A DNA stretch of 64,000 bases from Vulcanimicrobiota bacterium (GTDB lineage Bacteria > Vulcanimicrobiota > Xenobia > Xenobiales > JADMJV01), in assembly GCA_023447635.1 (NCBI GenBank), contig JAEXNA010000085.1, forward strand, positions 200-64,199. Reading direction: 5' to 3'. The notes under the pieces are model-generated. The model worked only from the letters and a program-made list of their open reading frames with translations. It was not told the origin of the DNA and did not search any database. This document shows positions 28,273 to 37,750 of this stretch, in pieces. The position numbers and the translations under genes were made by a program. How positions within the stretch are numbered: the first letter of the stretch is position 1; each line of letters starts with the position of its first letter.

Positions 28273-29538
28273 TCACAGAATGTCATTCTCGTCGCGCAGG
28301 CGCAGGGTGACGCTAGGCGGGTCGTCCGACGCTTTCTTGAAGATCGGGACGGAGGGAAACAGCTTGGGCAGAGCTTTCTCGGCGGCGGGAGAGGTGCCGG
28401 TGATCAGGAGTGAGGTGCGCTCGACCGTTTTGCCCTGGCGCGCTGGAGTCACCAGCGAGACATCGCCGAAACCGCCGTTTTGGAAGCGGTTGGTAAAAAC
28501 CAGGCGGCGTCGTTCACCTTCTCGGTAGTCTTCGATGACGACGGGAATCTTGGCCAACTTGGGGTCGGGGAGGGGAGGGAACAGTTTGCGCACGGTGGCC
28601 TGCGGCTCTCCTTCGACCGGGATGAGGTAGGCGATCTCATTTTCCCAGTAGTCGGCGACTTCGGGCCGGCCCTTCTCCATGCTGCCCAGGGGAAAATTTC
28701 GGTACAGGTTGGCTAGCGAGGCCATCTGGTCGATGGTGAGATCGGTGGTCATCTTTTTCGAGACGGCTTCGGCCAGGTCGTCATACTCGAAGAGGTGTGA
28801 GGGCTTCTTTAACTCCTTGATGAGCGCGGTCAGGAACTGCTGCTGGCGCCGGATGCGTCCAAAGTCGCCCTCTTCGTCGTTGCGGAAGCGCAGGTAGCCC
28901 ACAGTCTGAGCGCCGCTCAGGACCTGCTCGCCGGGTTTGAGATGGATGTGAAGACCGGCCCAGTTGTCGTCGTAGTCCATCTGCTTTTCGACGGTGACCG
29001 GGACCCCGCCCAGAACGTCGACCATGTCGGCAACGACGTCGGACTTGACCACGATGTGGTGGTCGATCTTTAGCCCGAGCAGGTTCTCCAGGGTTTTTCG
29101 GGTGGTCCGGATCCCACCGACCGTGTAGGCCGAGTTGATCTTGTCGTAAGCGCCGCCGGTTCCCGCAATTTCGACCAGCAGGTCGCGCGGGATGCTCATC
29201 ATAGAAAGCTGTTTGGCGCGCGGCTCGACCCGCACCAGCATGATGGTATCGGTGCGGGCGTCTTTGGTGTGGCGCTGGGCCCGCGAGTCGTAGCTGTAGT
29301 CCAGCCCGCAGAGCAGGATGTAGAGACTATCCTTGTCGCCAAAGGCGGTTTTCTTGGGAGCCAGCACCGTTTTGGCCACGCCGACGACGGTTTTCGGCAG
29401 ATGAGCCGGACCTAGCCAGATAGCCATCAGCCCTACACCGATCGATAAGAAGACGGCCGCGAAGAACAGCTTCTTTACCAGATTGAACAGCTTGCCTATC
29501 ACATCATCTCCGAACCGGGGTTCGACCGGACCTTCCAA
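28273..29538 (-). CDS. LytR-CpsA-Psr (LCP) family cell-envelope phosphotransferase with LytR_C-like C-terminal domain
   Basis: N-terminal TM anchor. LCP motifs RTDTIMLVRVEP and SIPRDLLVEI are present. Confidence 0.8.
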   Translation of the reverse strand: MEGPVEPRFGDDVIGKLFNLVKKLFFAAVFLSIGVGLMAIWLGPAHLPKTVVGVAKTVLAPKKTAFGDKDSLYILLCGLDYSYDSRAQRHTKDARTDTIMLVRVEPRAKQLSMMSIPRDLLVEIAGTGGAYDKINSAYTVGGIRTTRKTLENLLGLKIDHHIVVKSDVVADMVDVLGGVPVTVEKQMDYDDNWAGLHIHLKPGEQVLSGAQTVGYLRFRNDEEGDFGRIRRQQQFLTALIKELKKPSHLFEYDDLAEAVSKKMTTDLTIDQMASLANLYRNFPLGSMEKGRPEVADYWENEIAYLIPVEGEPQATVRKLFPPLPDPKLAKIPVVIEDYREGERRRLVFTNRFQNGGFGDVSLVTPARQGKTVERTSLLITGTSPAAEKALPKLFPSVPIFKKASDDPPSVTLRLRDENDIL

Positions 29539-29670
29539 TTGGCGTTATGGAGGGAGCCGATTCAAAGGACACCTCCGGAAAGGAGGAGAACCCATCGGCT
29601 CTACCAGAGGCGTGAAACCACGAATCCCTCTGGCGGTTTTTATCAAAATTCTAGCCTCAGGGGAAGATTT

Positions 29671-31191
29671 ATGTTGGAAACACCACCCAAAGCCCAGGGA
29701 ACCCGCGCCGATAACGAGTTCATGTCGTTCATCGACGGCGCCTTCGTGTCCATCGAGGACGCCAAATCCGAGCCGAACATCAACCCGGCCACCGGGGAAG
29801 AGATCGGGCGCAGCTATATGCTGACCCGCGAGCAGTGCGAGCAGGCCATCGAGAACGCGCACAAAGCGTTTCCCGCCTGGCGCGACACGCCCGCCCCGGT
29901 CCGCGCCAACGTGCTCTGGAAGTTCCAGCGCATCCTGGAACAGCGCAAGGAAGAGTTGGCCGCCGCGCTGACGGCCGAAGAGGGGAAAAAGTACAACGAA
30001 GCGCTGGGCGAGGTGCAGAAGGCGATCAATATCGTCGAGTTCACCGCTGGCGAAGGCCGTCGCCTTCTCGGCAAGACGGTCCCGTCCGAAATGGCTGCGA
30101 CCCTGGCCTACACCGTTCGAGTCCCGCTGGGCGTGGTGGGGATCATCACCCCCTGGAACTTCCCCGTGGCGATCCCGGTCTGGAAGATGGTGCCCGCCCT
30201 GGTGGCCGGTAACGCGATCGTTTTCAAGCCCGCTTCGAACACGACCAAGACGGCCTGTCTGCTCATGGAGATGCTGCACGAAGCCGGCCTGCCCAAAGGC
30301 GTGGTGCAGCTGACCATCGGTCGCGGCAGCGCGGTGGGAGACTGTATCGTCAATCATCCCAAGGTCAAGGCGCTCTCTTTCACCGGCAGCAACAACATCG
30401 GCCAGCGTCTGTACCTGGACGGCGCCAAGCGCGGAGTCAAGGTGACCTGCGAAATGGGCGGCAAGAACCCGATCGTGGTGCTTAACGACGCCGATATCGA
30501 CCTGGCGGTCGACGCCACCATCCAGGGCGCCTTTGGCAGCACGGGTCAGCGCTGTACCGCGACCTCGCGCGCGGTCTTGCAGGATGGCATCGCCGACGAA
30601 TTCGTGGAGAAGCTTCTGGCCCGGGCCAAGGCGATCCGCCTGGGCGACGGTATGAGCAAAGACGTCGACATGGGCCCCATCGTGGACCAGGAGCAGATGA
30701 ACTCCGTGGATGAAGGCGTCGAGCGGGCCAAGAACGACCCGGCTTGCGGTAAACTGATCTTGGGCGGAAGTCGAGCCATGGAAGGCGCTCTGGAAAAGGG
30801 CTTCTTCTATCCTCCCACGGTGTTCGACGAGGTTCACCCCGACAGTTTCCTGGCCCAGGAAGAGCTCTTCGGGCCGGTGCTTGCCATTACCCGGGTCAAG
30901 ACCTTCGACGAGGCGCTGGAAGCAGCCAACAACTGTCAGTACGGGCTGTCGTCATCGATCTATAGCCGGAACTCGGACCTGATCTTCCGCTTCCTCGAGC
31001 ACATCGAGACGGGGATCACCCACGTCAACTCTCCCACCATGGGCGGCGAGGCCCAGATGCCTTTTGGTGGGGTCAAGGCCACCGGCGTCGGCTCGCGCGA
31101 AATGAGCACCGAAGGCGTCGAGTTCTTCACCGAACTCAAAGCCGTCTACATCGACTACACCGGCAGCAAGCGCGACACCAACATTTACTAG
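29671..31191 (+). CDS. NAD(P)-dependent aldehyde dehydrogenase
   Basis: ALDH motifs FTGSNNIG, the catalytic Glu in CEMGGKNP and the catalytic Cys in GQRCTA. I chose the ATG at 29671 because the upstream part of the ORF is junk-like. Confidence 0.85.
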   Translation: MLETPPKAQGTRADNEFMSFIDGAFVSIEDAKSEPNINPATGEEIGRSYMLTREQCEQAIENAHKAFPAWRDTPAPVRANVLWKFQRILEQRKEELAAALTAEEGKKYNEALGEVQKAINIVEFTAGEGRRLLGKTVPSEMAATLAYTVRVPLGVVGIITPWNFPVAIPVWKMVPALVAGNAIVFKPASNTTKTACLLMEMLHEAGLPKGVVQLTIGRGSAVGDCIVNHPKVKALSFTGSNNIGQRLYLDGAKRGVKVTCEMGGKNPIVVLNDADIDLAVDATIQGAFGSTGQRCTATSRAVLQDGIADEFVEKLLARAKAIRLGDGMSKDVDMGPIVDQEQMNSVDEGVERAKNDPACGKLILGGSRAMEGALEKGFFYPPTVFDEVHPDSFLAQEELFGPVLAITRVKTFDEALEAANNCQYGLSSSIYSRNSDLIFRFLEHIETGITHVNSPTMGGEAQMPFGGVKATGVGSREMSTEGVEFFTELKAVYIDYTGSKRDTNIY

Positions 31192-31210
31192 ACGCTCTGC
31201 AGCGGTAAAG

Positions 31211-31236
31211 GAGGCGCGGAAGCGCCTCTTTTTTTT
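31211..31236 (+). terminator. Rho-independent terminator of the aldehyde dehydrogenase gene
   Basis: GAGGCGC ggaa GCGCCTC followed by a T8 tract. Confidence 0.8.
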
Positions 31237-31375
31237 GCCGTCTCGAGCTGAATGGTAAGAATTGACCAGGTATATCTCCCGGGATACCCCATTCGTATCT
31301 CGTGCCTCCTGGCCGATAAGGACTAAGAGCAAGTTCCCAGCGACTTCTCTCGCTGGACTCTCGCTCCTTATCACT

Positions 31376-33133
31376 ATGAACTACCTGGGGTCTTTGTCGA
31401 AATTCAATTTTGGACGGTCGCTGCTGGCCTGGGCGATAGCCCTGGCCCTTGGCGTGCTGTTGGGAGCCAGAGCGCTTCAGCCTGGCGTCGAGGGGGGGGG
31501 ATCGGGCGCGGAGTTCGGTCTGCTCGCCCTGGGCGCGGTAGCTGCGGCGGCCTCCGTTCCTGCCTGGTGGTCGCGTCGCCGAAGCTCGCAAGTCACCCAC
31601 GAGCACCTGCTTCACCTGGTCGGTGTCGTGGGACTCGATACGCCAGACGCGTTAGTTCTCGTCGACGGAGAGGGGCGTCTGGTTTACGCGAACAGCTCTT
31701 TCCAGGACTGGACGGCGGGTGAGATCCCGTTGGGCAGCGACCTGCTCGCTCTGGCCGTCGAAGGAGAGCGCTGCGGGGCGGCTCGCGCTCTGCAAGAAGC
31801 GCTGGCCGGCGGCGGAGCGGCGCGCCTGGCCATGCGCACCTCCAACGGAATGCTGTTGGAGGGTCGGCTTCATGCCGTGCCGGGCGAAGCCGGCAAACCG
31901 CTGGCCATGGGGATCTTCCGGAACGTCGGCGCCGGGCCGGCGCGCCCCCAGGAGCTCCGGCCTCTGGCCGAGCGTTCGGGTCAGTCTCAGAAGGTCGAGG
32001 CGCTCAGCCGTCTGGCCGGCGGAGTAGCTCACGACTTCAACAACTTGCTGGCTATCATGATGCTGAACCTCGACGCTATCGATTCGGCCCTGGATAAGGG
32101 CAGCCCGGCGCGTCGGCACGTCGATGAAATCTCTCTGGCGGCCCGTAAAGCGGCCGGGATCACTCGGCAGCTTCTGCTGTACTCTCGTCGTAAGGGAGAG
32201 CCGCTCGGCGTCTCTTGCCACAGCCTGGTCGACGACACGGGGAAACTGACCCAGGGGCTGCGTGGAGGGATCCGCTTCGAAACGTCCCTGGGAGCGCCCC
32301 ACGACCGGGTGCTGATCGAGGAGGGACAGTTGGACCAGGTCCTCTTGAACCTGGTCGTCAACGCCAAAGACGCGGTGGGCACCGACGGGCTGGTCAAGGT
32401 CGAGACGGAAAACCGGGTTCTCGAGCGGGGCAATCGCGACGAGTTGGCCCCTGGCGAGTATCTGGTGCTGAAGGTCAGCGACAACGGCGCCGGTATCCCT
32501 AAAGAGATTCAGGAAAAGGTTTTCGAGCCCTACTTTACCACCAAGGTCAAAGGGAAGGGCACCGGACTAGGCCTGGCCACGGTCTCGGTGATCGTCGAGA
32601 AAGCCGGCGGCAAAGTTCAGGTTTACTCTCGCCCCGGGTCGACCACCTTCGAGATTTTGCTCCCCGTCGCTGAACGACGAGGCCTGCCGGTATTTCCCGC
32701 CGAGCCCCCCGCCGTCGAGCCGGTGGCCGCAGTTCCTGAGTCTAGGCCGACGCGAAGCGTGCTCCTGGTAGAAGACGAGGCGCCCATCCGTGCCCTGGTC
32801 CACCGCCTGTTGGAAGGCAAGGGGTACACCGTGACCTCCGTCGCGGCCGGGCAAGCCGCGGTGGACTTGATGGGTCAGCGGGACGGCTTTGACGTTTTGA
32901 TCACTGACATCTCGCTGCCGGGGATGCAGGGACCAGATATCGCTCGCGCGTTCTACCGGACTCAGGCCAGCGGCAGGGTCCTGTTCATGTCGGGCTGCCC
33001 CTCGTCGGCGCTCGACGTCAAGCGGATGCCGGGCAACGCCCGCTTTCTACCCAAGCCGTTCTCCCCCGCTCAACTGTTCGGCGCGCTCGACGAACTGATG
33101 CAGCCGCAGGCGGCGATGCTCGAGGCGGTCTAG
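31376..33133 (+). CDS. Hybrid sensor histidine kinase (TM, PAS, HisKA, HATPase_c, receiver)
   Basis: H-box GGVAHDFNNLL, N-box LNLVVNAKDA, G1 DNGAGIP and G2 GTGLGLA. C-terminal receiver domain (LLVEDE ... DVLITDISLPGM ... LPKPF). Confidence 0.8.
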   Translation: MNYLGSLSKFNFGRSLLAWAIALALGVLLGARALQPGVEGGGSGAEFGLLALGAVAAAASVPAWWSRRRSSQVTHEHLLHLVGVVGLDTPDALVLVDGEGRLVYANSSFQDWTAGEIPLGSDLLALAVEGERCGAARALQEALAGGGAARLAMRTSNGMLLEGRLHAVPGEAGKPLAMGIFRNVGAGPARPQELRPLAERSGQSQKVEALSRLAGGVAHDFNNLLAIMMLNLDAIDSALDKGSPARRHVDEISLAARKAAGITRQLLLYSRRKGEPLGVSCHSLVDDTGKLTQGLRGGIRFETSLGAPHDRVLIEEGQLDQVLLNLVVNAKDAVGTDGLVKVETENRVLERGNRDELAPGEYLVLKVSDNGAGIPKEIQEKVFEPYFTTKVKGKGTGLGLATVSVIVEKAGGKVQVYSRPGSTTFEILLPVAERRGLPVFPAEPPAVEPVAAVPESRPTRSVLLVEDEAPIRALVHRLLEGKGYTVTSVAAGQAAVDLMGQRDGFDVLITDISLPGMQGPDIARAFYRTQASGRVLFMSGCPSSALDVKRMPGNARFLPKPFSPAQLFGALDELMQPQAAMLEAV

Positions 33134-33145
33134 GCCGGTCTAGGC

Positions 33146-33688
33146 CTACAGTTTTGGGTTCGATGCTTCGGTGGGGGAGGCCGTTTCCAAGGTCGCTTCC
33201 TCGTCGATCGGTTTGGGAAGAGCGTTGGCCAGTATCGCCGCGTGGACGGCGGCGGCGACCCAGAACCCGGTGCTTAGCACGATCCAAAGCGCCATGCGCG
33301 GTAAGTTGGGCATGCTGGGGATGGTGAACGCCTCCTGCATGTCGACCATCTGCTTCATCAGCTTGAGCAGTTCGGGCAGCAGTTCCCAGAGTTCGTAGAC
33401 CACGCCCAGGGTGGTCAGGGTGAACAGGGCCGCGTAGGCGATCCCCTGTCTCTTTTGGCCCACCAGGAAGTGGCCCGCTCCCGGGTAGCCAAACAGCGAC
33501 ACCGTCGCGACGAAAAGAGGGCTGGGCGGCCGATCCGGCGCTTGCTCTGCGGGCTGAGGTTTTCGTTCCACGAGAGAGGGGTTCTTGACTCTCCGTGCGA
33601 TCCCTCGGCCTTCCGTTCTCAGCTCCCGTCCCTGCTCTGAGGGGATCGGAAGCCGAGTGCCGAAAAGGAGAGATATGGACGCGCTCAC
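33146..33688 (-). CDS. Membrane protein, weakly TM2-domain-like
   Basis: SLFGYPGAGHFLVGQKRQGIAYAAL resembles the TM2 GxxGxHxFxxG motif, and a second hydrophobic helix lies near the C-terminus. The GTG start at 33688 would overlap the divergent gene start, so the true start is probably further downstream. Confidence 0.35.
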   Translation of the reverse strand: MSASISLLFGTRLPIPSEQGRELRTEGRGIARRVKNPSLVERKPQPAEQAPDRPPSPLFVATVSLFGYPGAGHFLVGQKRQGIAYAALFTLTTLGVVYELWELLPELLKLMKQMVDMQEAFTIPSMPNLPRMALWIVLSTGFWVAAAVHAAILANALPKPIDEEATLETASPTEASNPKL

Positions 33689-35129
33689 TTATCTCATAGG
33701 ACGGAATTGGCCCTCCGGGACCCGTTGCGCCGCTATCCTGCTGACCGCTCTGGGACTGAGCTGGTTCAACGGCAAACTGCTGCTGGCGCTACCGTCGCTG
33801 TTCCCGGGGCTGCACCAGTACTGGCTGCTGAACTCGCTCTGGGGGCTGGCGCTCTTTCTGGTCTGGTTGGTAGCCGTGGCGGCCTTGACACTGGGCCTGG
33901 CCGTGGCACCGTTTTACGGTTTCAACAGGGCGCTGAGGTTCGTGCAGAGTTGGACGCGCCAGAGAGTTCTCGACGAGATGATCTGCGCCGGTATGTCGGG
34001 GGGCAAAATTCTCGATGGGCTGGTCCTGTACAGCGTCCGCTGGTGGGCTACGGTCGCCACGCCTTGTTTGCTGGTCGGTGGTCTCTGGCTCTCTCCCCAC
34101 CTGGGGAAGGTTTCGCCGGGGTCTATGGCCTGGGCGATCGTCCTCTACATCCTGGCATGCCTTGGGATCGGGTACACCGTTCTCGCCTTCACCTGTCTGA
34201 GCAGCACCCCCGGTGGCCAGGTCAAAGTGCCACTCGCTCTGGGGGCGGGAGCGCTCTCGGTCGGTCCGGCCGGGATCTTTGCGGCTTGCGGTGGTGAGCC
34301 GGGAGCGGTCGGATTCGCCCTCGGTTTCCTCTACCTCTGTGTTGCTGCGCGAGCCCTCTCCACCAGGGCGCTGGAGAATCAGGACCGCCTGGCCAGTCTC
34401 GAGATCCGTTTTCGTCGTATGCTGAGGTTCCAGGGGGGCAAAGTTGGGACTCTAGCCGAGAACCCGATCGTAGCCCGCGAAAGTTTTCGCGGCTCGGACG
34501 CCAGCGACACGGCCTTTCGGGCTATCACTTTGGGAGGCTTCATCTTCTGCTCGCTGGTCGCTTCCCTGAGCAACGCTCCCTGGATCTTCCTCTTTCTGCT
34601 CTTTCCTGTGGTTCTCCGTAGCGCCTATCGCAGCGCCAGCCGGATGTCGCAGGTCGTCACCGAAGAAGTCGAAGGGTCGACCATCGAAACCATCCGCTCG
34701 ACCCCAATGTCCTCTGGCACTTTTCTCAACGGCTGGCTTCGCGTCGTGGTCGGGGCGCAGTGGCGTGACCTGGGCATGTTGTTTGCCGGAGTTTTCGCCG
34801 TGCTCTTACTCAACGGCAACGGCGTCTTGCTAAACAACGGGATGGTAGCGATGGGCGTTTTCTTGAGCGCGCTGCTACCTCTGGTGGGAGCTTACGTCGG
34901 CGCTTCTATTGCCGGCCAGGCCAAGACGCGCTCGCAAATCTCGGGACAGCTCATGGCCTCGTTCGCTGCCGTGATGGTGGTCGGGGTTCCGCAGGTGGTG
35001 GTCAGCGCCGAGATTATTTACCCCCCGGTAACCATGGTAGCGCTGGCCGTGCTGGCCTGGGCTATCTGCTGGGTACTCGACGCGGGTGCTCGAAAGAGCC
35101 TCAACCGTACTTTTCTTCCTCAGAGATAG
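33675..35129 (+). CDS. Polytopic membrane protein with ABC-2-type permease-like C-terminal half
   Basis: At least 10 hydrophobic segments. NPIVARESFRG and EEVEGSTIETIRSTPMS resemble the ABC-2 permease motifs (NPv..kE.r and ErE.GTlE.L...P.s). The ATG at 33675 follows AAGGAGAG. No ATPase gene is adjacent. Confidence 0.5.
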   Translation: MDALTYLIGRNWPSGTRCAAILLTALGLSWFNGKLLLALPSLFPGLHQYWLLNSLWGLALFLVWLVAVAALTLGLAVAPFYGFNRALRFVQSWTRQRVLDEMICAGMSGGKILDGLVLYSVRWWATVATPCLLVGGLWLSPHLGKVSPGSMAWAIVLYILACLGIGYTVLAFTCLSSTPGGQVKVPLALGAGALSVGPAGIFAACGGEPGAVGFALGFLYLCVAARALSTRALENQDRLASLEIRFRRMLRFQGGKVGTLAENPIVARESFRGSDASDTAFRAITLGGFIFCSLVASLSNAPWIFLFLLFPVVLRSAYRSASRMSQVVTEEVEGSTIETIRSTPMSSGTFLNGWLRVVVGAQWRDLGMLFAGVFAVLLLNGNGVLLNNGMVAMGVFLSALLPLVGAYVGASIAGQAKTRSQISGQLMASFAAVMVVGVPQVVVSAEIIYPPVTMVALAVLAWAICWVLDAGARKSLNRTFLPQR

Positions 35130-35140
35130 GCGATTTAGAA

Positions 35141-36205
35141 ATGACTGCAGAGACGACCGCCACCCTGGCGGCCATGCTGGACAAACGCGTCGGGTCTTCC
35201 GAGCGTTCTCGAATTCTGGAGCTTTTGCGCCCCCTGGGGACGGAGCAGTTTGCGGAGGTTCTTCACGCCGTGGATCTGCGGCGGTTGATGAAGGCGCTGG
35301 ACTGGCGCTCCTGGGGGTCGAACTCTCGAGCCGAACTGCTGACCCTGCTCGAACGTCAGGTCGGCGGGCTCAACCTCGAAAGCAAGACGCTGCTGGCCAA
35401 CCTGCTGGCGGATGGGCCTACTTCGTTTCGGGAAGAGAAGGTTCTGCGAGCTCTTTTCCTCTCCGAGAGAGGCGCCGCCTTGACCGACCTGAAGCTTCGT
35501 ATCGACACCTCGGATGCGGGACACGATCTGCTCAGTCTGCTGACCTCGGACATCGACGCGCCGGAGCTTCGCTACGATATCTTGAAGCATTTCCGGGATG
35601 CCGCCGAGGTGCCGAAGAACCTGAAAGAGCGTCCGCTGCGCGTGGTCAGCGATATTGACGACACTCTCTACTCGAGTCTCAAGGATCCCCGTCACCCCAA
35701 AGGGAGCTTGTACAAAGGGGTGCTGGAACTCTTCGCGGCGCTCTCGTCTTTGCCACCGATTTTCCTGACGGCTCGCCCCGAACTGGTTGCCGCCCTTTTT
35801 GAACGGCTGACCCATCGCCAGCTTCGTCGTTACGGCTTAGAGCAGCCGACGGTGCTCTCAGGCACCCTTCGCGGGCTCTTCGGGCATCGTCGAATGGCCG
35901 AGCAGAAAGCCCGCACCCTGACCTCCTACACCGAAATGTACCCGGAGTTTCGCTTTCTCTTCTTCGGCGACAGCGGGCAGGGCGACATGGCTCTGGCCGA
36001 ATCGCTGCTAGCCTCGGATGAGCCGGTCATCGAGCGCGCCTTCATTCACAAAATTTCCGACAGCCACGCCGGTTCGCGCACCAGCCATCCGAAGATCCAT
36101 CTGTTCTCGGACTATGCCGAGGCGGCCGAGCAGCTTCACGGCCTGGGCTACCTGCAGGACGATATCCGGGACAGCTTGACTTCGCTCGTCCGCACTCCCG
36201 TCTAG
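35141..36205 (+). CDS. App1-like (DUF2183) phosphatidate phosphatase family protein with unknown about 170-aa N-terminal domain
   Basis: DxDxT motif VVSDIDDTLY and FFGDSGQGD, as in the App1 catalytic domain. Confidence 0.55.
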   Translation: MTAETTATLAAMLDKRVGSSERSRILELLRPLGTEQFAEVLHAVDLRRLMKALDWRSWGSNSRAELLTLLERQVGGLNLESKTLLANLLADGPTSFREEKVLRALFLSERGAALTDLKLRIDTSDAGHDLLSLLTSDIDAPELRYDILKHFRDAAEVPKNLKERPLRVVSDIDDTLYSSLKDPRHPKGSLYKGVLELFAALSSLPPIFLTARPELVAALFERLTHRQLRRYGLEQPTVLSGTLRGLFGHRRMAEQKARTLTSYTEMYPEFRFLFFGDSGQGDMALAESLLASDEPVIERAFIHKISDSHAGSRTSHPKIHLFSDYAEAAEQLHGLGYLQDDIRDSLTSLVRTPV

Positions 36206-36328
36206 AGGGCGGGGGGCGTTCCAGGCCGACCTTCAGGCCCTCCGAAACCCGTCGGAAAGTAGGGGGTTTGCAGTTTGACCCGATTCGGGTAGAATGCGGT
36301 ACATTTTTCAATGCCCCCTGGAGGTTGC

Positions 36329-37126
36329 ATGGTTTCACTATCAATGGTCGTTCCGGCCCTGAACGAAGAAGAGCTCGTCGACGAGTTCATGGAAAAATCT
36401 GTCAAAGATCTTTCCGCCGTGGCCGAAGATTGGGAGATCGTTTTCGTTGATGACGGCTCTACCGACCGCACGGTAGAGTTTGCCAACGCCTGGGTGGCCC
36501 GCTACCCGGAACGGGTCAAAGTGGTCAGCCTGGGGCGCAACCTCGGTAACGGGGCCAACGTCGAGGTTGGTTTCCAGCACGCCACCAAAGAGGTGGTGTT
36601 CAACAACACCGTGGACGCCTTCTTCAACACCGAAGACCTGGTCTGGGTGTTGCCCCACCTCGATACCTACGACTCGATCAGCGGCTGCCGTAAGGACCTT
36701 TCCGCCAACAACCCCTATCAGAAGCTGCTGACTCTGGGGAACCTGACCTTGATTCGTACGCTGTTCCCTCTCAAGCTGAGAGCCTACCAGACCGTGCAGT
36801 TCCACCGTCGCACCCTGTTCGACCAGATCCGCATCGAGGGGCGGAGTTCGTTTGTCTCGCCCGAGCTGCTGATCAAAGCTCACTACCTGGGGTACAGTAT
36901 CGGCGAGGTCCCTGTGACCTTCCACCCGCGCCTCAAGGGTACCGCCAAGGGCGGTGGCCTCAAGCACGTCGCCCGCACTTTCCGGGACATCTTCCGCTTC
37001 TGGTTCAAGTGGGTCGTGCTGAAAGAGCCGATCGCCGTACGCCAACTGGAAAACGTCGAAAACGGCTCCGCGAATACTCCCGGCGCCTCGAACGGGGTCG
37101 CCAGCGGCGAAACCGTCGCGCGCTAG
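36329..37126 (+). CDS. Family 2 glycosyltransferase (polyprenol-phosphate glycosyltransferase-like)
   Basis: LSMVVPALNEE and VFVDDGSTDRT motifs. The ATG at 36329 is preceded by GGAGG (ORF opens at 36311). A possible promoter, TTGCAG-16 nt-TAGAAT, lies at 36268-36295. Confidence 0.8.
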   Translation: MVSLSMVVPALNEEELVDEFMEKSVKDLSAVAEDWEIVFVDDGSTDRTVEFANAWVARYPERVKVVSLGRNLGNGANVEVGFQHATKEVVFNNTVDAFFNTEDLVWVLPHLDTYDSISGCRKDLSANNPYQKLLTLGNLTLIRTLFPLKLRAYQTVQFHRRTLFDQIRIEGRSSFVSPELLIKAHYLGYSIGEVPVTFHPRLKGTAKGGGLKHVARTFRDIFRFWFKWVVLKEPIAVRQLENVENGSANTPGASNGVASGETVAR

Positions 37127-37140
37127 AATAGACGGCCGCC

Positions 37141-37188
37141 GGACACAAAAAGGGACCCGCTCGGAGCGGGTCCCTTTTTTTGTGTCCG
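37141..37188. terminator. Bidirectional rho-independent terminator between the GT2 gene (+) and the response regulator gene (-)
   Basis: GGACACAAAAAGGGACCCGCT cgg AGCGGGTCCCTTTTTTTGTGTCC: a GC core stem with an A-tract and T-tract that pair into a long extended palindrome. Confidence 0.8.
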
Positions 37189-37211
37189 TAGCTACGTCGC
37201 CGAGCGGTGAC

Positions 37212-37580
37212 TTACCACTGCAGAATTTCGTTGACCTGGTCGGCTAACGACATGGGGTCGAACGGTTTGGCGATCACGCCGCTGACGCCGATCTCCTTGA
37301 ACCGTTCTTTGTCGGCAGCCTGAACTTTCGCGGTCAACAGGATCACCGGGGTGTTCGACAGCGCGGGGATCTCGCGCATCTTCAAAAAGGTGGACGGCCC
37401 GTCCATGTCGGGCATCATCACGTCGAGCAGGATGGCGTCGGGTGACACCTCCAGCGCCTTTTCGATGCCAGCGGCCCCGTTGTTGGCGCTTTCGATCTTC
37501 CAACCCGCGGTCATCTCCAGGCTCATCTGAGCCACTTCTCGAATATCGTCCTCGTCGTCGACGAGCAAAACCGTTTTCAA
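37212..37580 (-). CDS. Single-domain response regulator (CheY-like receiver)
   Basis: VLLVDDEDDI, phospho-acceptor region AILLDVMMPDMDG, LLTAK and AKPF motifs. 122 aa. Confidence 0.85.
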   Translation of the reverse strand: MKTVLLVDDEDDIREVAQMSLEMTAGWKIESANNGAAGIEKALEVSPDAILLDVMMPDMDGPSTFLKMREIPALSNTPVILLTAKVQAADKERFKEIGVSGVIAKPFDPMSLADQVNEILQW

Positions 37581-37750
37581 CTGAATCCTCCGTGCTTGCG
37601 GGGCGCGATGCCTGGGGCTGTTCCGCCCCTCGCCTTAGATACTCCCTCGGCCCTCTAGAACCTTCAGCCCGACACTTCGTTCCGTCGGCAAGATGAAGGT
37701 TCTCTAAACGGGTCGGGAGTCTTCCCGGTTCAGTTGCTTCCCGAGCCTGT

